Assembly (NCBI RefSeq): GCF_964355755.1 | Contig: NC_092670.1 | Span: 7,740,201-7,804,200 of the forward strand | DNA from: Antedon mediterranea | Taxonomy: Eukaryota; Animalia; Echinodermata | DNA length: 64,000 nucleotides | Reading direction: 5' to 3' | Shown here: positions 63,075 through 64,000 of the stretch, in pieces | Position numbering within the stretch: the stretch's first letter is position 1 | Layout: each line of letters starts with the position of its first letter | The notes under the pieces: model-generated | What the model was told of the DNA's origin: nothing | Database searches by the model: none | The model's input: the letters and a program-made list of their open reading frames with translations, nothing else | Translations under genes and position numbers: made by a program

Positions 63075-63771
63075 TATGTGCTGCTTGCGAGCGCCACACT
63101 GGTAATGAATTTTGCGCGTTTGTTTACTGTTTTGGCCTAGTCTACACAGCCTAGCTAGGAGGATCTGGACCCACACTCCACAACATTGCATTTCATCAAG
63201 AAAGACGGTAAGTTAATTAGTTTATTTAAAGAATTTTAGTCTGCTCATGTATTCCTCATGTCGAGGCCTATTATATATTTATTTTATAATTAATATAAAA
63301 CAGTAATTTGACACACTTTATTTAGCCTACTACTACTAGCTAGGCATAGTAGGTAGGCCTAGGCCTAGACCTATTACTTTACTGTGACGTTTAGGCATAG
63401 CTAGCTTGCCCAGATCTACCTAGGTTAGCATCTGGCCTGGCGTACATTATTCGGTTAGTAGGCCTAGTTAGTTAGGTCCTCTAAGCCTAGCCTAGGCCTA
63501 ACAAACTAGAGTATGCGTATGCCCAGGGAATAGTAGTAGTAGTAGTAGTAGTACTACTACTTGGCTAGAGTAGACTCTTTAGCTAGGCTAAACTACTCTG
63601 CTTGATTTTTAACAATAAGAAATCACTGTTATTTTTAAAATGTTGTTTTTTTCAGAACAGTTTCAAGAAAATAAGATAAGGGGGAACAACCGAAATTCGA
63701 TCAACAAGCAATCTATCTACATCAATTTAAGGGAGAAGGTATCAAGTTCAAGGTTTAAAAATGGGGGAGGT
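63075..63771 (+). other. Candidate promoter and first two exons of a transcript continuing beyond the window
   Basis: CpG-containing patch at 63075-63120. Donor ACG|GTAAGT at 63207/63208. Acceptor TGTTGTTTTTTTCAG| at 63655/63656. AAAAATGG at 63761, followed by donor-like GGT|GTATGT at 63771/63772 (alternative AAG|GTATCA at 63738/63739). Confidence 0.45.
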
Positions 63772-64000
63772 GTATGTAGGCAGCCTGTAGCAAGTGTTTA
63801 TGTTATATGAGCATTTTAGATGATGTTTACATCACAGAACAATGGATTGAATAAATTAAAAAGCACACTGGTAATAGAAAAAAAATAATGTAACGACATT
63901 GATTAAGTATTTATTGATTTATAACAATAGAGAATAATTTTTGATATAAATTAATACTGGCTGAAATACCAATTGTAATACTGAATTATTAATCGTTCAA

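Overview
AT-rich, gene-poor eukaryotic genomic DNA, not prokaryotic. The SINE/LINE/MITE types and the GPCR subtype suggest a marine invertebrate, possibly an echinoderm (inference). Only two convincing protein-coding genes are present, arranged convergently and each with an uninterrupted CDS: a membrane-anchored NAT8/Camello-type GNAT acetyltransferase (6774-7409, +) and a rhodopsin-family, galanin/allatostatin-receptor-like GPCR (16510-17580, -). The GPCR has a probable spliced 5' leader containing a 33-codon uORF. The first exons of a third transcript may start at about 63.1-63.8 kb. The rest is non-coding and contains tRNA-derived SINEs (Deu/Nin-type and CORE-like), 3' remnants of RTE, Rex1/Babar and L2/CR1 LINEs, several MITE families, Helentron-like elements, and micro- and minisatellites, which account for most ORFs in the track. 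The most notable observations concern transposon traces. (i) There are 26-39 bp CAGGG...CCCTG hairpins flanked by 7-8 bp duplications that fit P-element-type excision footprints. (ii) A strongly over-represented TAGGCCTA/TAGGCTA motif is seen as an insertion at TA by comparing tandem-repeat copies. (iii) One SINE family occurs with two different 3' tails. (iv) Two retroposon 3' ends share a covarying stem-loop. All family assignments come from motif recognition by eye, not from database searches.
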